Source of the DNA: Chiloscyllium plagiosum
Lineage: Eukaryota
NCBI RefSeq assembly: GCF_004010195.1
Contig: NC_057720.1
Coordinates: forward strand, 21,755,696-21,819,695
DNA: 64,000 bases
Direction: 5' to 3'
Positions 34,877 through 48,439 of the stretch are shown one piece after another. Below the pieces are notes generated by a model. It was not told the origin of the DNA and ran no database searches. It saw only the letters and a program-made list of their open reading frames with translations. A program made the translations under genes and the position numbers. Within the stretch, counting starts at the first letter, position 1. Every line of letters starts with the position of its first letter.

Positions 34877-36130
34877 TAACAGATTTTTAACAAGTGGGTT
34901 GCCAAGCAGACAGGAAGATCTGAAAGGCTGGAAGATCGGAGACTGATTGGTTCTTTCAGAACCAAACAGCATGGTGCTGGTGTTAGAAAAGAAACATGGT
35001 TTTGTAAAGAGTTAATGTATTGCTGTCTGGGTGAAACCAAGAACAACGAAAACATGCAAGGTAAAGGTTTGATGTTGAGCCTGGAAGATTGTGAAGTGCC
35101 TAATCAAAAAAATGAGCAGGAGAGAATACGATTATCATGTTCTAGCCAAGTTTACCTTATTGGTGATTTAGTTGACGATATGTGGTTAAAGGTTTATTTT
35201 TACCCGATTACCTGTATAATATTTTACCACACCTGGGGCTGGAATAATGTTATGGCTAGCACTGGGCATTCTCTGGGATTTAGGGACTCTGCTACGGCCA
35301 CCCAACCCATGTCAGTCAAATTAACAGCTGTCCAGTACAGCCAATGCTGCTGGGTGCAGGGGGTGCTGCCAGTTTTAAAGTGGAGCCTTTGTCAATGATC
35401 ATTTGTGGTATTCCAGCAGAGGGTAAATAGGATTCATTGGGAATCACCAGCAAGGGTCAAATATAAGGACAATGGGATAGCTGTTTGCATTTTCCCTTCC
35501 CAGTGCTACATCATTTTATTTTTTGGGGCACTAATCATCTTTGGAAAGGAATCTCTGCGAGGCCACTGGCAACTCTGACCGTGTTTGCTGTGAAGCCTTT
35601 GGAAGACATAGGAAGTCCATGCCAGCTCAGAACGATCACTAAGCACCACTGAATCCTGGCAGGATTGGGGATAGCAATCTTTAGCTTGCTGATGTAATTA
35701 GCTAGTGTGTGGGTTCCCTACAACATCCTGTTTCCACCACTGACTTGATATATATTGTAAAATGACTATGCTTCTGTTATTCACTTCAGTTATTTTAGGC
35801 GTTTCTTCTTTGTCTAGCTTTGATCAGTAGTAAAGAAAAAATAAGGCCTGGTTAAATGCCAGGATAACGAGTGAAAAATGTTAGTTGTTTTATGGAAGAT
35901 TGAGTTAACCACCTGAAGAAATTGAAGCATGCACTAAAGAAACACTCATTCATTTGAGATGCACATACATTTTACAGCATTGGCAGTTTGTAATTAAAAA
36001 CAAAAATACTCCGCTATGCATCAGATGTTACTTAATGACTTGATCTTATCACACTATCTAAATGTTTGAAATGCCATTTTTAAAAAAAATCGTACTTGCT
36101 GTTTTTGATTCCTTTACATTTTTTTTCCAG

Positions 36131-36274
36131 GCTTTCTTGGAAATGGCTTCAGAAGAGGCAGCCATCACCATGGTGAATTACTACACTGCAGTAACACCTC
36201 ACCTTCGGAATCAGCCTATCTATATTCAGTACTCCAACCATAAAGAGTTGAAGACAGATGATGCTTTAAACCAG
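36131..36274 (+). CDS. PTBP2: PTBP2 exon 5 (144 nt, rest of RRM1)
   Basis: [58 protein letters not shown] acceptor, GT donor. Confidence 0.95.
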
Positions 36275-37113
36275 GTTATTCTTTGGTTCATTTTGGGAGT
36301 GTTACATGTTCGTACTCAGGACTCTTTGTTTCTTTATTTGAAATTATGAATTTGAGGCTTGGGTCGGGTGTGATTGTTTTATCTCATGCTTCTATTCCCA
36401 AATTTGCATGTAAGTTACTTTAGGTTTGATTGCATATAATGCACAAGAAATTAATGTTGTTTTCCTGTTTATAGTGTGCCTTTCTTCAAACGTTCAGTCC
36501 AAGTTAATGTATAAATCACAGATCACACCAGGTTCTTCTAAACTCCAGACAGCATAGGCCCAATTAATGCAGCCACAGCATAGGATGTCTTTCATCCTAT
36601 AAAACCAATCTAGGGAAATTTTGCTGAACCCCCCCCCACTCATGGTAAGTTTGTCCATATTTTGATATAGAGACTAAATCATCTGCGCAATAGTCCAGGT
36701 CTCACCAAAGCCCAAAACGCCAATAAGCATTCCCATTCTTTTACTCCAGTCATCTTGTAATAAAAGCCTACATGCCACTTCTCTTTTTTTTAGTATTCGC
36801 TGTAGTAATGTATGCTAAATTTACACTAGTAAGAGTGCACCCAGCTCTTTGAGCTTTACTGTTCTGAGTTTGCCAATGATCACTCGGTAAAATTATTTCC
36901 TCAAAGCTGCTTGGCTGCATAGCTGTTCAGAAGGTCACCATTAGGAATGGGTGTGCAAATGCATTTCGTTCCAGTTCTGCGAGTTGTTGCTGTGCACAGC
37001 AGCAGGAAAATTTAGACAGAATGTAGCTTGATAATACAGAAATAGAGTATTGCTAAATAAAAGACATGCTTTCAAAGCAACAGTTGGCTTTAATTGGAAA
37101 AAGGAGCAATGTT

Positions 37114-37158
37114 TGTGTCTGCCTTTGTGTCTGCCTTTGTGTCTGCCTTTGTGTCTGC
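37114..37158. repeat. 12-bp tandem repeat (TGTGTCTGCCTT) x about 3.7
   Basis: Direct reading. Confidence 0.9.
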
Positions 37159-38166
37159 ACTCCAGGGTCTCTGTGTTCACCAATACTCCCTAGGACCTTG
37201 TCATTAAGTGTATCTGCAAATGTTGAGGACAGTTCCAGACTACCCTACTTCATCAGGTGTGCAGTGGTGTTTTAAATATGACACCAGCACCAGAATGTTG
37301 GCATACCTATAGTTATTCTGGCAATTGGGAGAATCCGGCTAGCATTGCTTTATAGGGGCATGGTATGTAGTTAATGAGGCAAGTTTTGGGACAATTGCAT
37401 GAAAACTTGCTAGGTCTCCAAGGAGAGAAACCCTCCATGATACACAACCCAAGTGACACTTTTCCAAAGTATGGTAAAATTTAGCCCTGTCTCTTTCTTT
37501 CAGCAATATTTAGGCGTTTCATACTTTGTAAAAAAATACTGATTTTTTTTTATTTTGATTGATATTTCTTTCAATTCCTCTCATTAGGTTGTGGTGGCAA
37601 TTTGTTGCCTGACTCATAACCCCTCTATTTCTCAACATTTTTGTATCTTCCTCACAGCTTACAGTTCCATCGAGCTTTGCATCAACTGTAAACTTAGACT
37701 TCTTGTTCTCTACCTCCTGAAGTTAAAAGACAGTAAGAGAAAAGGTTGAAAATAATTTGGCCCTAGTACTGATTATTGCAACACTCCACTGCAATCAGTG
37801 TCAAGTTGAAAATACCTTCTGAGTCCCAAATCCATGAGCCCTTACCTTTTTGTGAAGCACATTGCTAACCATTTATGTTGAGTTTAAAATTGAATTATCT
37901 AGTAAAGTAAATCAATGTAAGTAACTCTAATTTGAATTTATTTAATAAGAATATATAGCAAATTGTTTGTTGAATTCTAGTTAAACGTATTTTAGAAACT
38001 GACAAAAACAGATGGCTTTTAGTTTTGTTTCTCCTCACCCAATGAAAAATAAGTTTTCCCCTAAGTTTGGCCGCATAAGAGCAATTTGACAGTTTAAGGA
38101 TGATATTTCAAATATTTTAAAATTGAGATATAACAGAGAAGCTTATTTGTCTCTTACTGCTTTCAG

Positions 38167-38331
38167 CGTGCCCAAGCTGTTCTTCAGGCTGTAACTGCTG
38201 TGCAGACAGCAAGTACCCCACTTGCTGGAACTACAGTCAGTGAGAGTGCAGTGACACCAGCTCAGAGCCCAGTACTCCGAGTAATTATTGACAACATGTA
38301 TTATCCAGTAACTTTGGATGTACTTTATCAG
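38167..38331 (+). CDS. PTBP2: PTBP2 exon 6 (165 nt, linker and start of RRM2)
   Basis: [14 protein letters not shown]...[28 protein letters not shown] acceptor, GTGCGT donor. Confidence 0.95.
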
Positions 38332-38416
38332 GTGCGTTTATGCTTCAAATTGTTGTTGTGGTTTCAATTAAGCTTTTGATGGGTATTAACTGCGTTGTTT
38401 GTTTATTTTGTTATAG

Positions 38417-38527
38417 ATTTTTTCCAAATTTGGGCCAGTATTGAAAATCATTACTTTTACGAAGAATAATCAGTTTCAAGCTCTGCTGCAATATTCTGAT
38501 CCTATAAATGCACAGCAAGCAAAACTG
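38417..38527 (+). CDS. PTBP2: PTBP2 exon 7 (111 nt, RRM2)
   Basis: [37 protein letters not shown]; follows an 85-nt intron; GTAAGT donor. Confidence 0.95.
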
Positions 38528-38995
38528 GTAAGTGGGACACAGTTGATAATTTTTATACGGTACCTGCATTTCTGCTTATCCCTGTGAGAACAGGCAGAAG
38601 TGTTTCACTGGAACAAGATTTTAGTGGTTATGGCCTTATTAAGATAGCTTTTATGTATTGTCTGGCTGATTAGCTGTGCCAGTCCTAGAATGAGTATTTA
38701 TATACCTGCTTATTTTTTGAAGTTAACCAACACAATGCTGTTTAACATCTGTGGAATGAAAGAACTTTTAACGTTCTTATTAGTTTTGTTCATTATCTTA
38801 TTTGGCCATTAATTTTAAGTTAAACATGGAATGTGTGAAATCACTCATTGGAATAAAAAAATTAATATTGAGATTGTCAATATTTTAATTTCTTCAAGCT
38901 CAAAGTTGATTTGCCAAATCTTGCCTGTATATCAACTGCATATTTCAAATTGTTTGAAGCTCGAATATTTTTCTGGCCACACAGCTATGAAGTGG

Positions 38996-39370
38996 TATGA
39001 GTCATAGAGATGTACAGCACGGAAACGGACTCTTTGGTCCAACTCGTCAATGCCGACCAGATATATCCCAACCCAATCTAGTCCCACCTGCCAGCATCTG
39101 GCCCATATCCCGCCAAACCCTTTCCATTCATATACCCATCTAGATGCCTTTTTAAATGTTGCAATTGTACTAGCCTCCACCATTTCCTCTGGCAGCTCAT
39201 TCCATACATGTACAACCTCTGCGTGAAAAAGTTGCCCTTTAGGTTTTTTTTATATTTTGCCCCACTCACCCTAAACCTATGCCCCCTAGTTCTGGGCTTT
39301 CACCCTACCACGGAAAAGATCTTGTATATTTATCCTATCCATGCTCCTCATGATTTTATAAACCTCTAAG
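38996..39370 (-). mobile_element. CR1/HER1-like LINE 3' end
   Basis: Reverse complement of the 21560-21922 type; KGNFFTQR..VEASTIATFK remnants. Confidence 0.78.
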
Positions 39371-39864
39371 CTTTGTTGAAATATGAAATCAGTCAGACAG
39401 TATCTGTGATGAGAAACAAAGTAAAATTTTCAGGTCAGTGGCCTTTGTTAGAGTAAATAGTTTGAACTTGTTTTAAACCTGTAGCTTTCCTAAGGCAGAA
39501 AGAAATAGGGAAGGTCTCCGATAGGGTGGGCAGCAGAAGACAGTCAATGACAAGTGTGATGGTGGGGCAAGACAAAATGAGCTAATGAAAAGTGGGTTTA
39601 GAGCTCTATTGCCTCTAAATTTCATACATGTAGATTTATGACAATCCCATCAGATGCTCTGCACTTCACTTGCACAGATTCTGATGGTTAAATGTGGTTC
39701 GCTATCATTATCTATAAGTGAAGAACCAATAGATTCCTCAGACACCGGGATTAACAGATGAGAGCTAAAATTAGCAGGCAGCCTTAACGTCCGAACTCAC
39801 TCCTTCGTTCCTGAAACCCAAAGCTATCACTCAGAATTTGTCTCTCTGCAGCACACTTTTTTAT

Positions 39865-40522
39865 GGTCATAAAGACAGATCCTTCAGTCCAACTTGTCCA
39901 TGCCGACCAGATATCCTAAATTTTAATCTGGTCCCATTTGCAAGTGTTTGGCCTTTTATCCCCACTAAGCCCTTATTTGTGTACCCATTCAGTTGCCTTT
40001 TTAAATGTAATTGTACCAACCTCCTTCACTTGCTCTGGCAGCTCATTCCATGCACGCACCACCCTCTCTAGTTTTGGATGACTCTTCTCTTCTCTCTCCT
40101 TCTCCCCCCCCCCCCAAGCAAAACAATCTTGTCTATTTACCCTCTCCATGCCCCTCATGATTTTATAGACTCCTAAAAGGTCATCCCTCAGCCTCCGCTC
40201 CAAGGAAAATAGCTCCAGCCTGTTCAGTCTCTCCCTTTAGCTCAAACTCTCCAAAAGTGGCAACACCCTTGTAAATCTTTTCAGCACTCTCAAGTTTCAC
40301 AACACCGTATAACGGAGACCAGAAATGCACACAATATTTCAAAAGTGACCTGAGTAATGTCCTGCACAGCTGCAATATGAGCTCCCAACTTGTATACTCA
40401 ATTGCTCTGACCTGTCAAGGAAAGCATACTAATGCCACTTTCACTATCTTATCTACCTGTAACCCCATTTTCAAGGAACTATGAACCTAAACTCCAAAGT
40501 CTTCAGCAACGCTCCCAGGACC
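39865..40522 (-). mobile_element. CR1/HER1-like LINE 3' fragment
   Basis: LKYCVHFWSP, RRLRDDLLGVYKIMRG, RVVRAWNELP remnants. Confidence 0.78.
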
Positions 40523-40689
40523 TAACCTTTCCAACTCTTGACTCTCTCACCTTCACATAGTGGAATATTTGTCAAATAGCAAACTTTTAGTTTTAACTGG
40601 CACTCTTGACAAACGGGGAATTGTATATCTCAAATACCAAGATATCAGAGTACAGAGGAACCTCGATTGTCCGAAGGAGATCTTGAGGT

Positions 40690-42286
40690 CCCGACAGAAA
40701 CGCATCTTTTGTTTCCAGTGACTTAAAAGTGCTGCCGAGAACAGTCCTGGACTGATGGGAGCATAGGCACCGTCTGTAAATGACTGATTTCGCTCTCGTG
40801 CTGTCTCTCTCGGTTGCAATAAGAACCTCTCTCTTCCCTCCTCCTGAGGCATCTTGCAGTGGTTGCCATGACAGGGTTTGTACGGTGTTGTGGTCGATGT
40901 TGTCCTGAAGGCTGGACAGTTTGAGGTTTGGCAGTTGTTTAATGGTGTGAAGTGGAGCTGTAGGGAAGGTCTTGGCAAGGTGCTCTCCTCATCGATTAAT
41001 GTGTTGCAGGCTGTGAAGAACATAGCATAGTTTTTCTGCTCCCAGGAACTACTGGACAACGAAGGGTATCTGATCAGTTACAACCAGTGTCCTTCTCCAG
41101 ACCAGGTCATTACGGTTTCTCGCTGTGGCATATCAGAACTGGCAATCGATGAGTTGACCATTATAGCCAGTTCTTATGAAGGCTTCCTTGAGCACCTTCA
41201 GATGTCCACCACATTCCTCCTCATCTGAACAGGTCCTGTGTATGCATAGGGGGTGATTGTTTTTATCTGTTTAGGATGAAAGCTAGAGAATTGCACATAA
41301 TGATGATATCCGTGGGTTTGTGGGTAGAGGTGAGGTGCCCATCGTTGGAGATGCATGTGTCCAAGAATGAGACCGATACTAAAGAGTAGTCCATAGTAAG
41401 TAGCGGAATAAACCGTGTTGTTGTCACTGTGTAGCTGTTTCAGTGACTCCTTGTCTTGCATCCGGAGGAAGAAAATGTCATCAATATATCTGGTGTATAG
41501 TATTGGTTGGAGGTCCTGTGCAGCAAAGAAGTCTTGTTTGAGCCTGTGCATGAAAATGTTGGCATATTGGGGTGCAAGATCAGGAACTGGGTGTCAGAGG
41601 TGAAAATGTTGTGGTTGAGGATGAAGCCTATGAGTTGTAGGATGGTGCTTGGAGATTTGGTATTCAGTACAAAGGTTGTTACTGCGATGCCGTCATTGTG
41701 GGGGATACTAGTGTAGAGTGCAGAAACGTTCATCGTGGTGAGGAATGTTCCCGGTTTGACTGGTCTGTGGGTGCTGGGTTTCTGTAAGAAATCTGTAGTG
41801 TAGTGACAGAAGCTGGGGATCCACCAAAAATGGGTTTTAAGATGCCTTCCACATAGCCAGGGAGGTTCTCACATAGGGTCCTATTGCCTGATGCAATGGG
41901 ACATCCTGGTGTGTTGGCTTTGTGTATCTTCAGAAGGCAATAGAAGTTCCCAATGTGAGAAGTATGTTAGATGAGATCAGCTAGGGAACTTTGAAGGACT
42001 GGATCAAAAGTTTTTTGATCAACGTGTTGAGTTCATGGGTGTGCTCTTTTGGTTGGATTGCCTGTAGTGTTTCTGGTTGTTCAGTTGTCTGTACACTTAC
42101 TTGCAAGTAGTCCATTCTAGTCTGAATGATAATGACTCATCGGTTTTTATCTGCTGGTTTGATGATGAAGTTGAGATTTGGTTTTGAGAGAATGGATGGC
42201 GTTCTGTTGTGATTGGGTGATGTTTTGCTCGATCTTGTGGGTGCAGCTGATGAATCTGGCATTTACACACTTCCTGAGCATACTTG
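40690..42286 (-). mobile_element. Penelope-like element RT region, decayed; continues at about 44752-44900
   Basis: MNVSALYTSIPHNDG and YTRYIDDIFF are PLE-type RT motifs. Confidence 0.78.
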
Positions 42287-42333
42287 GAGAAAGTGAGGAC
42301 TGCAGATGTTGGAGATCAGAGTAGAGAGTGTGG

Positions 42334-44382
42334 CAAAATCTGACGTAATGGTGTTACAGTTAAAGGTAATTACAAGGGCATGAGAGGAACTGACCAAAAT
42401 CGACTGGAAGCAGAGCCTAGTGTGGAAGACAACAGAGCAACAAGGCAGGAGTTTCTGTGTGTAATGGAGGACACAGTACAGAGGTCATCCCAAAGAAAAG
42501 CGATTATCCAGGGTGGATTAGACAGCATGGCTGACAAAGGGAGTCAGGAAATGTATCATAGCGCGCTTATAAACTGACCAAGAGCACTGGGAAATCAGAA
42601 GATTGGGAAGACTGCAAAAACGGAGGATAACAAAGACAAATAAGGAATGGGAGGATCAAATATGAAGGTAAGCTAGCCAGTAATATTAGAAATGATTAGT
42701 AAAAGTCACTTTCGATGCATAAGAAACAAATGAGAGGCAAAAGTAGAAATTGGGCTGTTCCAAATTGATGCTGGAAGGCTAGTGCTGAGAGATAAGGAAA
42801 TAGCTGAAGAACTTTAATCAATGCTTGTTAGTCTTCACAGTGGTAGACATGGGTAATATCTCAACAATTAAGTAGAGTCAAGGGGCAGAGTTGAGTATGG
42901 TATTCGTAACAAAAGAGTGTGCTAGGAAAGCTAAAAGGTCTAAACATTGATAAATCTCCTGGCATCAATGGGCTATATCCTAGTGATTTGAGGGAGGTGG
43001 CTGAAGAAATAGTGGAGGCATTGGTTTTGATCTTTCAAAAATCACTGGAGTCAGGGAAAGTCCCAGATGATTGGAAAATCGCTGTTGTAACCCCCTTGTT
43101 CAAGAAAGGATCACGACAAAAGATGGGAAACTATAGGCCGATTAGCCTAACCTCGGTTGTCGGTAAAATTCTAGAATCCATCATTAAGAATAAGATTTCT
43201 AAATTCTTGGAAGTGCAGGGTCGGATTAGAACAGGTCAGCATGGATTTAGTAAGGGGAGGTCGTGCCTGACAAACCTGTTTTGAATTCTTTTGAAGAGGT
43301 AACAAGTAGATTAGACCAAGGAAACCCAGTGGATATTATCTACCTAGACTTCCAAAAGGCCTTTTAAAGTGCTTCACAGGAGGCGGTTGAGTAAGGTGAG
43401 GGCACATGGTGTTTGAAGTGAGCTACTGGTATGGATTGAGGATCGGCTGTCTGACAGAAGACCGTTAGGATAAAAGTTTCTTTTTTGGAACGGCAGCTGG
43501 CGACAAATGGTGTCCAGCAGGGTTCAATGTTGGGGCCACAGTTCATTTTGTATATTAATGATCTGGATAAAGGAACTGGGGGCATTCTGGCAAAGTTCAC
43601 TGATGATACGAAGTTAGATGGATAGGCAGGTAGTTCTGAGGAGGTGGGGAGGCTGCAGAAAGATTTAGGAGAGTGGTCCAGGAAATGGCTGATGAGTTTG
43701 TGTTACCAAATGTGAAGTCTTGCACTTTGGAAAAAAGAATATGGACTATTTTATAAACTGAGAGAAAATTCATAAAGCCAAAGTACAAAGGGATCTGGGA
43801 GTGCTTGTCCAGGCTTCTCTAAAAGTTGACTTGCAGGTTGAGTCCATGGTTGAGGAAGCAAATAAATGACAACATTACGTCTCAAAAGGGTTGGAATGTA
43901 AAAGCGGCAATGTGCTACTGACACTTTATATAGCTCTGATTAGGCTTCATTTAGAATACGGTGTCCAGTTTTGGGCCCCACACCTCAGGGCATACTGGCA
44001 CTGGAGCGTCTCCAGTGGAGATTCTCTTGGACGATCCTTGAAGTGGCAGGTCTAACATGTGATGAACGGCTGAGGATCCTGGGATTGAATTCATTAGAGT
44101 TTAGACGGTTGAGGGGCGACCTAATAGAAACTTACAAGATAATGCATGGTTTAAAAGGGGTGGACGCTGGGAATTTGTTTCTGTTGGGTGGTGATATTCT
44201 GACCCATGGGCACAGCCTTAGAATTAGAGGGGATCAATCTAAAACTGAAATGAGGAGACATTTCTCCAGCGAGAGAGTGGTGCGGGTAAGTGGTGCTGAA
44301 ATGCCCATCAACCATGATTGAATGGCACAGTGGACTCTATGGGCTGAATGACCATACATCCACTCCTATGTCTTCTGGTCTT
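42334..44382 (+). mobile_element. CR1-type LINE, 5'-truncated, inserted into a PLE terminus
   Basis: KSPGINGLYP..DDWKIAVVTPLFKKG..NYRPISLTSVVGKILE..QHGF; tail TCCTATGTCTTCTGGTCTT; TSD AGTGTGG at 42327-42333 and 44383-44389. Confidence 0.88.
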
Positions 44383-44750
44383 AGTGTGGTGCTGGAAAAG
44401 CACTGCCAGTCAGGCAGCATCTGAGGTGCAAGAGAATCGATGAAGGGCTTATGCCCAAAAACAGGAATGAGGCTAGTGGGTTGGGGCTGAGAGAGAAATG
44501 AGAGGGGGCTGGGGTTGCAAGGACGTAGCTGGGAAAGTGATAAGTGGATTAAGGTGAGGGAGAAAGTGATTGGTCAGAGGGGGCAGTGATGGACGGGTCT
44601 GGAGGGTGGGGCAGAGTTGGACGCTTGGGACTGGGATAAAGTGGTGGGAGGGGAAATGAGGAAGCACTTGAAATCCACATGTATCCTGTGTGGTTGCATG
44701 GTCCCAAGATGGGATATGATGTGTTCCTCCTCCAGGCATCACATGGTAAC
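44383..44750 (-). mobile_element. PLE 3' end and terminal repeat (other part at 42287-42333)
   Basis: GTGGTGCTGGAAAAGCAC..GGCAGCATC block shared with the other PLE termini, purine-rich stretch, GIY-YIG C-terminal remnant. Confidence 0.7.
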
Positions 44751-45581
44751 GGTTAGAGCATACATATCAAGCCCAGGGCACCGGCCCTCCAGAGGGGTCC
44801 AAATCGACTGCTCCTTTGGTCACACCTCTACGGATCTGTGGTGACTGTTCTGGTTTGTCACTTGGCTCCTTGGGACCACTGCTGACATCTTGGAAGTATT
44901 CCCCAAGTCTCATTCTTCTGATGAATTTAAATTTCCAATGGTTAGTGTCAGATTTGACCTCTTCTCTCCAAATCCTGAATCTTGGCCTCTAAAATACTAT
45001 TTCACCGTCTTGTCCACCACTCTAAATTTGAATTTGTTCACTGCAAAAAAAAAACCTAGTTATCAAAGCTGGCTGTATCTTTATTAATAAGTGGCAAGTT
45101 CTTCAGCATTTTTGAAGTAATACTACAAAGTAAAAAGTTCACATAACTTCACTGATTACCAGATGATGCCTTCTGCAGGAACTTAACTAGGAAATGAATG
45201 ACAACATGCCTCACTAATCAGTGACATTTTTCCTTCCAGCTCTCGAGTTGGTGCTCTTAGCATCCTTGCAAGCAAACTTTTTTGTCTTCTATTTTTGGAA
45301 TAGCCTTTTTTGTTAGCTTTCCTTGCTGGGAAGGGAGGAGCTGAGGAATAATAGGTAGCTGGAGCCAAGAAACAGCAAAGTAGTAAAAAAAAAGAAATTT
45401 CTTCTAGAGGAAGCATGCACAGTTGGGATACAGCGATTTGAGGTAGAAACCTTCAGTTTATCAAGAACTGTGTCTCATACTGACTCAAATTCAAGATTGA
45501 AACTGAACCTAGTGGATTTAGTACTAGAGATGCGGAGGAACAATAAAGAGTTGGAGGAAGTAGTTCATTTAATATGTAATA

Positions 45582-45736
45582 CAGAGGAACCTCGATTATC
45601 TGAAGGTCGTACGTGGGCAGTATTTCAATCGGTTAATCGAATGACTGATAGCATAGTTTAGCCAAGCATCAGGACCTCTTGATCTTGCCGGATAATCCGA
45701 TATTCCGATAACTGCTTGGTAATCAAAGTTCCTCTG
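45582..45736. mobile_element. Tc1/mariner (Tigger/pogo-like) MITE
   Basis: TIRs CAGAGGAACCTCGATTATC / GGTAATCAAAGTTCCTCTG with TA duplication; an orphan copy of the left TIR sits at 40653. Confidence 0.78.
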
Positions 45737-48439
45737 TATCTGGAGTTGTTGGAATTATTGAAAAATGAGGTGAGAGAAGTACAAGCTTAGCAATGGCTAC
45801 TAAGGTATGTAGTAATTGTTTTAATCAGCAGAAGATCTTGATTTAAGAAAGCGTATTTGAGACAGCTCTGTTTTGAGGACCTTAATGAAATGGAATATTT
45901 CATATGGACGATTAGAAATAAATGGGTGGGCTTTAAGAAAAGGTGGTCTTTGCAATTTATAAATAGTAGACAGGTATCTATGACTTGAGATTTGTCAAAC
46001 ATGCTGCGCAAATTCAATTTTCATTCTTGTATATACCTCTTCAATTTGCAGTTTTTTGCATTCTGTCTCTTTGCTTTTTAAAATGTGGTTTATTTGCTGT
46101 TTGTAATGGCTGTATATCTGTACGTTAACAATTTTATGACGTTCTGTATCAAATTGTAGTTTATATATTTTAAGATTTCCATAATTCTTGTTACTGTGAC
46201 AAAAAAGGAATGACTGGCTGCAGAGTTTTAGTTGTGCTACTTGCAACTATTTGATTATCCAAATGCCTTTGGCTAATGTCAATCGTGTGACTAAGTGATT
46301 TATCTTGTGACCTTTCAACTTAATAGTCTTCATTTTTCTTGTTTGTGATAATGTTCTGTTAGCATAGATTGTGGCAAAAAATGTTTCCAAGTGCTGTTTT
46401 CAAAACACCTGGCAATAACCTGTAGTCATTTTTGTCGGCTACAAGCTTTCTGGTTAGGTACACGACTTCTGTAAGCCACAAGGAGTGATCTGTCACCAAC
46501 AATTCATGTCAGGTATGGTTTTAGTTCCTGGTGTGGGTGAAAGAAATTTTGAGGTGAATACCTGTCCCTATCTATTCCCTATTGCTATCAACAACCTTTC
46601 TGGACTTTTCACTCCTCTTGGGACGAAAACGTTCTTGATTTGGTACAAGGGATGCTATCTTTTGTGAATGCATTGGTTAAAAATGATATCTTTTTTAGTT
46701 TGGGTTTGTGTGTACCTTTCATACGTGACTTCCAGAAATCCATTCTGGTTTGTCATAACAGTTGATGCAGTAAGTAAAAGTGTTAAGGCTTTGGGGTTAA
46801 GTGAAAAGCTACCCAAGTATGGGGATTATTTTTGGACTTCCATGCTGCCTTTGCACATGCTATTCCCATGATCAGACAACCATGTAGTCACTTGATCAAT
46901 CTTTCTTTCTGTGCACTGTTGTATTGTCACAATTGTAGTAAGTGATATGTGCCTGTATTTAGGAAACGAAAATAGGAACAGAATTTCAAAATTGGAGGCT
47001 CACACCAAATTGAAGTATAAACCTTTCATGAAGACTGATGAAATGATGTTAATTTCATTTTTAGCTGGAAAACGAAGCTTTTATACTCCTTGGGATATCT
47101 GTGTCGAAATGGAATAATGGAGAAAAGGATATTGGTTTGAGAATTGAATCAGACCGCTGAGTTAATTAGGTATATTTAAAATTTGTGATCAAGATGCATG
47201 TTGCTTTCCTCAAAGAGTAAGCATGGCTTTGTATTGACATTGTGTAAAAAGCCATGTTTTTGAATCTGTCTTCACCCTAGCTACTGCTTCTGCCTTAAAT
47301 TCAAAGGAGGATAGAAACTCATTTAGTTTTTTGAGCCCGTGGTATTTTAAGAAGATATCCATATGTGAGTCGTGTCTGCAAAGTTTTTAAGCAAAATTAA
47401 TAAAATTTATATCCTTCAAACATTTAAAGCTAATTTAATTGAGCTTGGAAAATTATTTTTAGGAACCACATAAAATAGCTTGTAATTGGTACATATGTTG
47501 TTTACAACTCTCAAGGCTCTGGGAAAATGTCCATTGCATCATTTTCTCTTGCTTTTGCTCAAGTTAAAACCATTTTTCACACTATATCACTTAATGTACC
47601 CTCATTAAATACAGCCCTCTGAAGAAGGGTCACTGGTCTCTATGATTTTGCTTTCCCTCCACAGGTGCTGCCAAATGTGCTGAGTTTCTCCAATCTCAAT
47701 TTCTGCTTTAGTCTAAGATGAGGATAGTTTCAGGAATGATTTCTGACATTTTTGATCTCTTCTAAACTCGCTGCTTATTTCCTTATAGGACACATGAAAA
47801 ACATATAACATTTAATTCCTTTCAAACATCTCCGGAGCATGATGTCTAGCTCTTATAATACCAAATAGCTTATGTACTGTAAGCTTCCATAAGCTTGCTT
47901 GTAATATTTGTTAGAGAATAAATTTTGGCTGGGATTATCTGCAAATTCCTCTACTTTTCAAATGTTGTCTTGTGATTTTTTTTGGGGGGCCCATGATTAG
48001 GTAGTGTTGCTTATCTAAAAGAGGCAACTTCTGACATTGCAATATTCCTGAAGTGCTTGTCTCAATTATGCTATTACATTAGACTTGGGTGAAAAATCTT
48101 CACTTAATAAATAATTTTTACTCCCTGGAGACTTTGGTGGAAAGCATTTAAAAAGAAAGTAGGGTAATACAGAAAATGATAACGATGTATGATTGTCATT
48201 ATGGAGTTTGGCATTCTTTCACATGTTTAGCTCTGATTTTGTGGATATTGCATCATCAAAACAAAAATCCATATTTCATTGCAGTTTACTGAAAAGCACT
48301 GAAGTATTTTAGTGACGTACAATGTCATTTAAATAGATTAAAAGATATTTGCCTTAAAATAGAATTCAAAGACTACTTCGCATTTATTCCTTTTGAAGCA
48401 TGGGTAATGTGGTCAGATTTGCACTTGCGTGAATTAGTG

